Assembly: GCF_006345805.1 (NCBI RefSeq)
Contig: NC_043001.1
Location: 55,986,001 to 56,050,000, forward strand
Source of the DNA: Octopus sinensis
Taxonomy: Eukaryota
Direction: 5' to 3'
Length of the DNA: 64,000 nt
Below, piece by piece: positions 53,221-64,000 of this stretch. A program made the translations under genes and the position numbers. Each line of letters opens with the position of its first letter. Position 1 is the first letter of the stretch. The notes below the pieces were generated by a model. The model ran no database searches, had not been told where the DNA came from, and was given only the letters and a program-made list of their open reading frames with translations.

Positions 53221-54898
53221 ATGAGGTAAAATATGGAATCTAAAGAAACAGACGGTAGTTTGTGTCGCTAACATTTCTCCCGAAGGAGAGCTCGAAAGAT
53301 TCGGTTGCTGTGACGAGTATAGGAACTAATATGACTGTTGGCGCTTGTTCTTCATCAGAGAGATAGACAGAGAAATGTACAGGATGGACGAAATCGCACA
53401 AAGGGTCTGAAATTTTAATAAATTTGTTTTAATTGTTTTTTTTCTTGTAATATACAAGATGTGATTTTTCACCTTACGTAGGTATATTTCTTATATATAC
53501 CATAGTCAGCACATAAATGTGAAACAGGGTGGAAAAAATTAGTACTAGAATACTGGAGGAAGAATAATATGCTTTATTAACAAAGCTGCAAAGACATCAC
53601 AGTTTTGTGATGTCTTTGCAGTTTTATTAATTGTTGTAACTAAGAGATAGTAATGCTACTGTGTTGTCTGAAGATAATAGTATGAGATTTGAAGAGAGAG
53701 AGAGAGAGAGATTGAAAAGAGTACGTGGTTATTTAGTAGTTGTTTATTTACTCCAGTGGTGGTGTGTATTCTTGATATTTTGAAAGTACTTATCAAAGTG
53801 CAGCATTTGGTAAGGACCTCTGATCTTGTAGTCAGATAATTTGCAGAATTGTTACACACACACACACGCACACACACGCGCGCGCGCGCGCGCACACACA
53901 CACATACACAGAGATAGAGATGGAGAGAGATAGAGATAGCAGGATAGATAGAGATAAAAAGAGGTAGATAGATAAATAGATAAATGGAGAGTGCATGAGT
54001 GAGTGTGTGTATTTGTGTGTGTGCGCGTGTGTGTACGTGTGTATGTGCGTGTGCGTGTGAGAGAGATAGATAGACAGAGAGAGAGAAACTTAGGTTGATG
54101 CGCGCATATTCACACTTAAATGTATTTGTATTTATATACAAAAACCTATTAGTACTATAATCCTCCGCTTATGGTGCAATTATGCACATACATACATACA
54201 TACATACATACATACATACATACATACACGTACATGCACACATCCATATATACATACATGTATACATGCATACATACATAATACATACATACATAATACA
54301 TACATAATACATACATACATACATAATACATACATAATACATACATACATACTACATACATAATATATACATACATACATACATACATACATGCACACAA
54401 ACACACACTCATACACACACAAGTATACGGGCTATGGACGCGTTTAATGTGTCTGTATATAAAATATATGCGGGCAATAAAAACGGTAGCTTTAATTGCA
54501 GGTGTACCACTTACAGAATTATTAGACTTGAGGAATTACAAGTAGAAGGATTAAGGAAAGTAGGAACATATCTTTATATCTTTTTGGCAAGGAATCAATA
54601 TACTAAGCTGGTCTGTAGTTTAAAAAAAAATATTGGTGTAATAGAGGGAGGTGGAGTGTTAGTGAGGCGTAATAAATGCAAGCCATCTTAATATTTGTTT
54701 GTATTGCTTTTGTTTTTGTTTTCCGTTTCGTTTTGTTTATAAACGAACGCATTTAAGTTAATATTACGTGCTGAGCTTTATTGCCAGCTGGAGTCGACTT
54801 TGTTTTTCATTCTTATAGGTCGATAAAATAAAGTACCGGTACAATGGTTTATTTAATCGACTATACTCTTCATCCACGTTGTATCTATCATAAATCAA

Positions 54899-54934
<36 letters not shown>

Positions 54935-55715
54935 TGTATGTATTTATGTATGTATGTATGTATGTATGTATATAAACACGGCTATCATTATTTTCAATTA
55001 TATACAGTACGTAAAACATTTTGTGAGTTATTTTTGTTGTTGTTTCGCCTGGGGCTAGCTCTGACTGGTCAGACCAATCCAAAGTGTTTTAACTACGTCT
55101 TTTATTCATGCATTGTATATCTGGGATTTTATTAACTAATGTATTCTTTTTTGAGCACAGAATGGCGTGATTTGAGGGAGATTTAGTCTCTATTTTTGTA
55201 GGTTGTACAACATCATATGGGCACTCTTCTTTGTGTATTTGAGAGCTGTTAGTTCAAGTAAAATAGAATAGGACAGTCTCTAGAATGGAAAGAAATAGTA
55301 GACATGGCCGAGAGAATTACCTCTATCGTTCATATACATGTCTGCCTCGGATACACAAGTAAAGATTGAAACACATTTGCTGCTGATGTCCATGTATATA
55401 GATCTGGTGACAAGTGCAATAAATTAACCAGTTTCAAAGACTCAGAGAATTGGGAAAGGGGCTGTTGTGATTGTGGTTTGTTGTAATCATGGTGTTATTG
55501 AGGACTAAAGATGGAGGCTGGTTCATGAAACAATGACCGAAGTGTTTAATTGCAAAGGGTATCCGTTATGTCACAAATAAAGGAAAGCAAGACAAGAGTT
55601 CGGAAGTAAAAACGACAAGTCAAAATAGCAGTCGGGGTTTCAAGTAGGAAATAAATTATTTGATGTAGACGTTTCACGATGGCAATAATACACATATTAT
55701 ACATATACATACACA

Positions 55716-55771
<56 letters not shown>

Positions 55772-55779
55772 ATATATAT

Positions 55780-55825
<46 letters not shown>

Positions 55826-56518
55826 AAAGCAAGAATGTCAGTCAGGCAGGAAGGCAGGCAGGCAGCAACTTATACTGCACCGTAATATCGAAGGTAGTGC
55901 AACACTTGGTGAAACTCAAACATGTTGCAACAGGTTCGATATTGCGGACATAACACCAATCATCGCCATTAAGACCAACTGGATCGTCGTATAACAAGGC
56001 AAACTTGCTCATCCTTCGGTTATCATCGCGTGCTGTTGTCTTAAAGAGACGCATAAAGAAACTTAGATGAAAAAAAAAAAAGCTGGTAATATGGATGTGT
56101 CATTGATTAAGCATTAGAGTACTACGAAAAGCATTCTTAACCTTAATAAAAGTACCACAGATCAATGTTTAGATTGGGAAGTAACGTGAAGTGAATTTTT
56201 AAATAATTAAAGATAGAGAAGGTTAGTGCCGAGCGAGAAAAGACAAGAAAGAATGAAAAGAGAAAGAAATAAAGAGAAAAAGAAATATAGAAGAAAGGGA
56301 AAGAGAAAGAAAATGGAGATGGTGTTGGTAAAAATAAGGAACAAGAAGATAAAATAAAACTCTCTTTAAAATTGTGCTAGAATTTCCAAGAACATTAATG
56401 ATGAAGCATTTTCCAATGACTGCAAGTACGCCAGGATCCACAGTATAAGGTGACACAGCAAAGGAGAAATTTGGTACCTATTAACTTTCTCTTAGAGATT
56501 ATCATCTCTCACTTTCAG

Positions 56519-56562
56519 AATAGCTCAGCACGAAATGTTAAAATTCTCTTCTCGTTGCACAA
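56519..56562 (+). CDS. Putative coding exon (44 nt, phase 2 to 1)
   Basis: Acceptor atctctcactttcag|, donor CAA|GTAAGT; encodes (K)IAQHEMLKFSSRCT. An alternative in-frame acceptor exists at 56497 (+7 aa). Confidence 0.55.
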
Positions 56563-57923
56563 GTAAGTAGCATATTCCATATTCTGCTGTTTATTGAAGT
56601 TTTTTTTTTGTCAGGATCAAACGATCACTTATCTTCTTCAACTTGTAGCATTTTCTTTGTTTTTTTTTTTTTTAGTAAAGTCTTAGTAATTCTCAGTATT
56701 TTTACCACGTTGCGAGATAACACAATATTTGACCGTGGAAATTTAAATGGGCCTCCGTCGGTTTCCACCGTAACTATTCTAGATGTTCTATCTGCTGAAT
56801 GTCCTACTGAATGAAATGATGTGTAAGTGGGCGAGTATTCCGAATTCGTGTACCCTTAATGTAATTATTAAGGAAACTCAACACTACACATTACGTTACA
56901 AAACTGACCCTTCGAATTACAGTTACAACCCATCCAACGGGATTCCAAACAGTTTCTTTCTACCCAGTTTAACTCAAAAGACTCACATCAACCTATGGTA
57001 ATTGCAAGAGACAGTTTCACAAAATGTCACGCAGTAGAATAAAGCTCGAGTCCTTATGGGGAAAATGTCATAAATGCTGAATGCTAATCGTGTCGTCGCA
57101 ACACACATTTCTATAATGAGACAGAAACAAAAGAGAGCAACAACCAAATATCAGGGGACAATGAGAAAGGATCTAAACTAGAAATCCGTGAATGAAGCAC
57201 ACAGACGATAGTTGCACTAACCAAAGTTAACATGTCTTATGTATCATTATTTAAGATGGTTTTCGCAGCAACATTGTGGCAGATTAAATAAATGTACAGA
57301 GGCTCTTTCGCGTGTGATAAATTAATAAATATACAGTATTAGAAGTATGGTTGTTAAATGAGGTCCCACGAGAGAAATGGATCGATTCAGACCTCATCAA
57401 CTTAGGACGAGGTTTGAACCAATCAATTTCGTTACTACTTAACAATTCTCATTAACATTCACTGACCTCGCCTAGCCCTAGTGGGTGTTATTTATTTCAA
57501 AGTTTATTTTTAAAGTATAATGTAAACGCCAGTTTACATTATACTTTACGCCAGTTTACATTATATTATACGAATATATTTCACTGAGAAATTAAGGGCC
57601 GCAGTATATGTTCTATCATAGAGTAATTTTCCTCACTAAAGTACCTTTTCTCATAGTTAATTGACTGTAACTCTGGTGTGTCAACCTATTTCAACCTTTT
57701 TTCCTTTTTTATTCTGATCTGTCACTCCTGACTTTATTGAGTACAGTCTTGATTAAACAGAAATATCACATGCACCACACAATAACTAAGTCCAAGACGA
57801 GTTGGTGACCTGGATTCGCTCACAGATTCTAGTTCTTTCGTCATCTCACAGCTTGTCCTTAGCGTCTTCAGGGAGTGTACATGAATATTATATTTTCATC
57901 CTTCTATCCTTTTATTCTTGTAG

Positions 57924-57958
57924 CTAATGCGGCTTACTGGTTGCCCTACAAACTGCAG
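57924..57958 (+). CDS. Putative coding exon (35 nt, phase 1 to 0)
   Basis: Long polypyrimidine acceptor ttttcatccttctatccttttattcttgtag|, donor CAG|GTAATG; encodes (T)NAAYWLPYKLQ. Confidence 0.6.
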
Positions 57959-58113
57959 GTAATGCTGAGTAATTGTGACCACAAACACTCAGTTATGAGC
58001 GTTTAAATATTTAGGGTAAATATATGTGGTAGCCTTATTAACAATGAGTGTGAACATATATACACATATATAAAAATAAATATATATATATATATATACA
58101 CACACAACACAAC

Positions 58114-58148
<35 letters not shown>

Positions 58149-58160
58149 ATTATAATATAT

Positions 58161-58192
<32 letters not shown>

Positions 58193-58856
58193 CATATATA
58201 CACATACACATATAAATAAACACACAGACATATGTATATAAATATATATACACACATACAAAAAATGTGTGTTTATATATATATATAATATATATATATA
58301 TATATTATATATATATCATATATATATATTGCACATCCACACAATATATGTTTACACACAACCACACACACATACACATACACATACAGATCCACATAAG
58401 CAGTGACATACATACTTGCATATACATGTGCACAATGTATACATACACATACATACACAGATGCATGTATATAAATTGGAGCAAAAATAAAGAAACCTCT
58501 ACGTGTTTACAAGACCCGCTAGAAATAGAAGACAAATCTCTTCAAGTTACTCCCTATCGTCTTAAAATAGAAAGGATTTTGTGGATAATATAATGCTACA
58601 TAGATATAAAATACAGGTTGATGAAAAGCTGGAATGCTTTTAATCTTTTAATGTATTGTTAATCACGGGAATAAAAACCTTATGGTAACATGCAATATCT
58701 AATCCGTTTCTCGGTTTAACGCCGTTTGGCACTTCGACGCCTTCACCAAAGTCCACCCCGTTGAAAGTATTCATACATATATACACTCACATTTTTACAA
58801 ACGTATACTTATATACTCACTAACTTTGCATTCATTATTTACATATTTTGTGTTAG

Positions 58857-58901
58857 CTTTTCGGCGCCTGTGTGCCCGATCACGTCTTTTTGACCGGTTA
58901 A
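58857..58901 (+). CDS. Putative terminal coding exon
   Basis: Branch-point-like CACTAAC about 35 nt upstream, acceptor ttttgtgttag|; phase 0 gives LFGACVPDHVFLTG then TAA (58899-58901). AATAAA at 59404-59409 is a possible poly(A) signal. Confidence 0.5.
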   Translation, partial: LFGACVPDHVFLTG

Positions 58902-58995
58902 ACGTTTAGCTGGAATGTCTAGCCCAAGCATGCCACATGCGCCCTTCAAATACGGTAGTATCTCACACATGTAAATGTAGAGAGTTATTGAAAAT

Positions 58996-59116
58996 GCGTG
59001 GCAAAAAACTTGCTTCCCAACCACATGGTTCCGGGTTCAGGGTCAAATATCTACTCACAAATCCACTCTTAAAACCTTGTGACTGGATATGGTAGACGTA
59101 AACTGAAAGAAACTCG

Positions 59117-59159
<43 letters not shown>

Positions 59160-59319
59160 TGTTTGTTCCCTACAACCGCTTGACAACCGGTGTTGCTGTG
59201 TTTACGTACCCGATAGAATAAGAACAGTACTGGGGTCGATTCATTCGACTAAAAGTTCTTCAAAGCAGTCCCCCCCCCATCATGGCTGCAGTCTAATGAC
59301 TGAAACAAGTAAAAGATAA
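58996..59319 (+). mobile_element. SINE family A (in the putative 3' UTR)
   Basis: cttgcttcccaaccacatggttccgggttcag head, (TG)n, tail. Confidence 0.85.
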
Positions 59320-59651
59320 CTGAAATGTGCTTGCGATTGAGAGACATAATCTCCCTCTAAAGTTTTCGTTATAATTTGAAAATAACGACCAAATGAGATA
59401 ACTAATAAAATTAGTCAATCGACATTTTTGAAAAATGAAGACAAAGCCGATGGGAGAGGAAGTGGTCTATAAAGCAAACTGGTAAAAGCAATGGACATGC
59501 TTTAGGCAACTTCATCAGCGAAATATACTCCTTTCACGTCGTAAAAGTTAAGAGTTTGTATATCTTAGCAATGTTTTACAAACTGGGTAATATCACAGAA
59601 CAGGGAAGTTGGTGGCAGGATGTAAAATTTGTGATGCCCACGGTTAGTTTT

Positions 59652-59780
59652 TAGTGGTTCTCAATCAGGGTCCATATGGCCTTGGGGTCCATTTAAGGTT
59701 TTGTTGTTAAAAATTTATCTGCAATAAATTGGTTATAATTTAACAATGCACAAAATATTCTAACAATTTTTTTTGTACCA
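59652..59780. mobile_element. hAT MITE left-end fragment
   Basis: tagtggttctcaatcagggtccatatgg matches the 12572 copy. Confidence 0.65.
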
Positions 59781-59806
59781 TTCCTTATCCTATTTCATTA
59801 CAGAAA

Positions 59807-60022
59807 GGCGGCGAGCTGGCAGAAACGTTAGCACACCGGGCGAAATGTTTAGCAGTATTTCGTCTATCTTTACGTTGTAAGTTCAAATTCCGCCGAAGTC
59901 GACTTTGCCTTTCATCCTTTCGGGGTTGATAAATTAAGTACCAGTTGCGTACTGGAGGCGATCTAATCGACTGCCCTCCCTCCCCCAAAATTTTGGGCCT
60001 TGTGCCTAGAGTAGAAAAGTAT
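59807..60022 (+). mobile_element. SINE family B, full length, well conserved
   Basis: GGCGGCGAGCTGGCAGAAACGTTAGC head, B-box GTTCAAATTCC, tail gggccttgtgcctagagtagaaaag. Confidence 0.9.
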
Positions 60023-60296
60023 ATCGTAATCATTATTGTGTCAAAAGAGTCAGACTCTAGTTCTGGTACGGCTATGGTATTCTATGTGCGTGAGTGTTAC
60101 AACACGTAGGTTACAAATGGTACGTCCTAACGTAAACTCATCGCAAGCATGATATCCAATCAAATCACCATGTGGCTATGTGCATGTATGTGCATACATG
60201 TATATGAATGAGTGTGTATGTATGTATGAATGTATGTAGCGTTATTTAAATTACGGAGAAAGAAACCGAATATTACAACTAATGACGAAAATATAA

Positions 60297-60705
60297 ATAA
60301 TAACAATTATTTCTAATTTAGGCACAAGGCCAGTAATTTTGTGTGTACAGGGCTATTACATTGGTTGCTATATTATTTTATCAATCCCGGGCGCCGAAAA
60401 GCAAGCTGACTTCTGCGCGATTTGAACTTAGAGCGTAAAGAACTCGAAGAAATAGCACAAGACATTTTGTGCGACGCTCCAAGGATTCTCACTGCTCATA
60501 ATAACAATTATTTCTAATTTAGGCACACGGTCAGAAGTTTTGAAGGGGTGGGGGTGTTAGTCGATTCTCTCGACCCCTCGACTGGTATTATTCTATCGAC
60601 CCCTGAGGAATGAAAGGCAGAATTCACCTCGGATTTGAACTCAGAATGTGAAGAACTCAAATACATACAGCAAAGCATTTTATCCGAAGCTCTACGACTC
60701 TCACA
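60297..60705 (-). mobile_element. Two tandem degenerate family B copies
   Basis: Both carry the atttgaact.agag/aa core and share an identical 29-nt tail. Confidence 0.7.
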
Positions 60706-61024
60706 ACTCAAAGACAAAAAACAAACAAACAAACAAAAAACACAATGATGTATATACTACATGGAAGACAGATGAGCAGACATTACATGAATAACTTACG
60801 AAAACAAGGGGTGAGGGGTGAATTGTGGCTACGCCGGAAAGCAAACAGCCAAGGAATGAAATGAGGAGGAGTCCCAATAAAAGGGTAGTCACCTATGGTC
60901 AGTCAAGGAACCTTACAAATCCAGCATTACTCTGACTGCTAAGTACCCTCATCCACATAAACAGGAACGGCCCGAATGTTACTAACGTCCCGGAAAGCTA
61001 CATTTCGGCACCTTCCGAGTCTTT

Positions 61025-61357
61025 ATCTTTTATCGTTTACTTGTTTCAGTCATCAGACTATGGCCATGCTGGGGCAACGCCTTGAAGGGATTTTTAGTCG
61101 AATGAATCAACCACAGTAGTTTTTATAAAAGCCTGCTACTGAATCTACCCTTCTGTTTGCCGAACCACTACCTTAAGGGGACCTAGACACACCAACATCA
61201 GTTGTCAAGCGGTGGTATGGGACACACACATACACGACGGGCTTCTATCAGTTTCCGTCTACTAAGTCCACTAACAAGACTTTATTCGGACCGAGGTTAG
61301 AATAGGAGACATTCGCCCAAGGTGCTACGCAGTGGGATTGAACCCGGAACCATGTGC
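61025..61357 (-). mobile_element. SINE family A
   Basis: Reverse-complement tail through head. Confidence 0.85.
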
Positions 61358-61482
61358 AATCTTGTCCACCATGCAATTCTCATTCGCCGTATCAACTCCT
61401 CCGCGAACGATTCCTTGTCACCCACAGCCTTTAGTACTCGTAATAGTTAATTAGTTTCTAGTATAGATACAAGGCCTTTAAT

Positions 61483-61582
61483 NNNNNNNNNNNNNNNNNN
61501 NNNNNNNNNNNNNNNNNNNNNNNNNNNNNNNNNNNNNNNNNNNNNNNNNNNNNNNNNNNNNNNNNNNNNNNNNNNNNNNNNN
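61483..61582. other. Assembly gap (100 N)
   Basis: Direct reading; exactly 100 N usually marks a gap of unknown size. Confidence 0.98.
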
Positions 61583-61966
61583 CTTCTTACTTGCAGCGGC
61601 TTTGTAGCCCAGACTAATATTACACAATGTCCTGACATACTGCCACGTGACGTTGGGAGAGATTTTGCCGCTATTAATATCAGGCCGAAACAGCCCTGGC
61701 GCAGTTCTTACATTCGGCTGGTTTTTTTTTCATTTTGCTGTTTGCGTGTGTGTTGGTCAGTTGCTTAATACTGTGTGTATGTGTGTCGGCCAGTTTTCTG
61801 TCTTTCTTTGTAACTTGTTCATTCTAAGCTTGGACTGGTCAACTCCTATAAAATATATATGTACACGCACGTACGTGGGTGTTTGTGTGAGCGTTATCTT
61901 ACTTACTCATCGTAATGTCTGCGGATGCACGGAGTACATATTTTGACAGAATCACATTTACATACG

Positions 61967-62007
<41 letters not shown>

Positions 62008-62149
62008 CACACACACATATGTATATGTATCTATGTGTGTGTATCTTCTTTTTGTGTTATGTCTCCTACCTCTGATTGACAACCGGTGCTGGTTTGTTTA
62101 CGCCAAGCACCCCCACTCCCTGTGTGTGCGTATGCGTGTGTGTGTGTTT

Positions 62150-62400
62150 CGAAACGCGGAGTAGCCGAAACAGGGACAACTGAAGAAAGGGAATATTCCT
62201 TGTGTTGTATGTCCTGTACACTGTTTTACATTGTTTGAAAAAAATCCGCTTCCATGTTTTCGTTTCTCATTGTGTTCAACGTTTTTTTGGTGTCCTGTAC
62301 CCATATATGCATGTATATATACATATAGATGTTGGTATGTACATATATGTATGTATATATGCATATATTTATATATTATTTTGTTATTATATATATATAT
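62150..62400 (+). mobile_element. Penelope-like terminal fragment homologous to 3190-3410
   Basis: Shared atgttttcgtttc..gttc.acgttt..ggtgtcc.gtac.catatatgcatgtatatataca block. Confidence 0.55.
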
Positions 62401-62562
62401 AATTTGCTATTAAAGCCAGCAATTTTTCATGTTCGTGCTATATTATTCTTATACATATGTACATATATATTTCTGTGTACAAGGCCAGACACATACTAAC
62501 ACATGCACACGCGCGCGCACACACACGTCCGTACATCTGCGTGTATTCATGTATGATGTCTG

Positions 62563-62602
<40 letters not shown>

Positions 62603-62691
62603 ATATATATATATATGTCTGTGTATACACACACACAGATACATACCCACATACATACACACACACACACACACACATATATGTAGGTGCA

Positions 62692-62841
62692 GACGTGGGT
62701 GTGTGGTAAGAAGTTTGCTTCTCAACCATATGATTCCAAATTCAGTCCCACTGCGTGGGGCACCATGTATCTTCTACTATAACCCCAAGTCGACCAAAGC
62801 TTTGATTGGGTTTGGTAGATGGAAACTGAAGAAAGCCCGTC

Positions 62842-62888
<47 letters not shown>

Positions 62889-63092
62889 ATATATATATTA
62901 ATATACCTATGTGTATGCGTGGTGTTTTCTTTTTCCGACAACGCTGCTCGACAACCGGTGATGTTTTGTTTACGGTGGCAAAAGAGGCCGATAGAATAAG
63001 AACCAGACTGGAGTTATTTCGATTAAAACCTTTTCAAGACGGTGCCACGGCATGACCGTAATCTAATGACTGAAACAAGTAAAAGATAAAGG
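62692..63092 (+). mobile_element. SINE family A, full length
   Basis: Head, (TA)n and tail all present. Confidence 0.85.
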
Positions 63093-63210
63093 ATATGTAT
63101 GCACGGTCATACACATAGCAACACACATAGCAGGGATTTGAACTTTCTCACCACGCTGGTGAGAATAAATAAGACGAAGTCCTAGTATAACGAATGACTC
63201 AATAAATCAA

Positions 63211-63427
63211 CGCTGTGACCTGGCAGAATCATTAGCACATCGGGTAAAATGCTTAGCGGTATTTCGTCCGTCTTTACGTTCTGAGTTCAAATGGCGCCGA
63301 GGGTGACTTTGCCTTTTATTCTTTCTGGTTGATAAAATAAATACGAGTTGTTCACTGGGGTCAATATAATCGTCTTAACCTATCCCCCGAATTTTCTGGC
63401 CTTGTGCTAAAATTTGAAATCAATATT
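63211..63427 (+). mobile_element. SINE family B
   Basis: ctggcagaatcattagcac..gttctgagttcaaat..ggccttgtgc. Confidence 0.85.
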
Positions 63428-64000
63428 ACCATAAATTTGACTCTCCTCTAAGTACTATTCCCCTCTACTCATCACTAAATGTATTTATGCCTAAATTTGC
63501 TTTAAAATAGCTTGAATTTAATATACACTCACTCATACACACATGTGTATGTATATGCGTGTGTATATATACATACTTATATACATACATAGTCTTAAAA
63601 AAAACAAATTTAGTCATTCTAGTACATGCGTCGAATGAAAGATTTTACATAAAATACAGACGCATATGCACACATTCATACAAATAAATACTTCTCTGTT
63701 CGTCTATTCAAACGTGTATATTTATCCATCAAAATATAAACCTCAGAAGTAAGCCATCCGTCCAACCTTCCACCTATTTTTCTTCCTTTACTACTTTCTA
63801 CTAACCACACATCCTGTGAAAGTCTCAAAATTTCGTTTCTTATCTCTCACAAAGTCAGTCACGTCTTATGTGTCCCCTTGACAATTATTTCTGCATCAAT
63901 GCTCCAGGGGACAGCACGTCATCTGTATGGAAGGTTGGATTTACAATCCCTTTCCTTTCTTTAGTGTTACTCTCTGTCTCTCTCTGTCTCTCTGTCTGTG

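Noticed and set aside
53160-53380. Two CTGATGAAG motifs as hammerheads
   Set aside because: Neither is followed by a properly placed GAAA and stem III.
55823-56050. Helitron-like start after (TA)n
   Set aside because: No terminal hairpin or CTRR end identified.

Overview
AT-rich, repeat-saturated eukaryotic DNA. The SINE, LINE and microsatellite landscape resembles what I recall of Octopus genomes; this is inference, not a database result. Nearly every ORF in the supplied track is a microsatellite translation artefact. Repeats: many copies of three tRNA-headed SINE families and one non-tRNA, (AAC)n-tailed short element; hAT-like and Merlin-like MITEs (two with perfect 8-bp TSDs, nested in older elements); fossil CR1-group and RTE LINE fragments; three 5'-truncated R4/Dong-type fragments that start inside (TACA)n arrays; a Helentron-like non-autonomous element; and Penelope-type termini, one carrying a near-complete type I hammerhead ribozyme at 3427-3500. 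One candidate host gene emerges when exons are picked by splice-site strength. Four + strand exons (46255-46388, 56519-56562, 57924-57958, 58857-58901) join in phase into an 86-aa ORF with a signal-peptide-like N-terminus, three downstream Cys and a terminal Gly. A GC-richer CRE/PBX/TATA promoter-like stretch lies upstream at about 43.6-43.9 kb. The start codon of this model is unresolved and I recognise no homologue. There is a 100-N scaffold gap at 61483-61582. No true tRNA, rRNA or CRISPR features were found.
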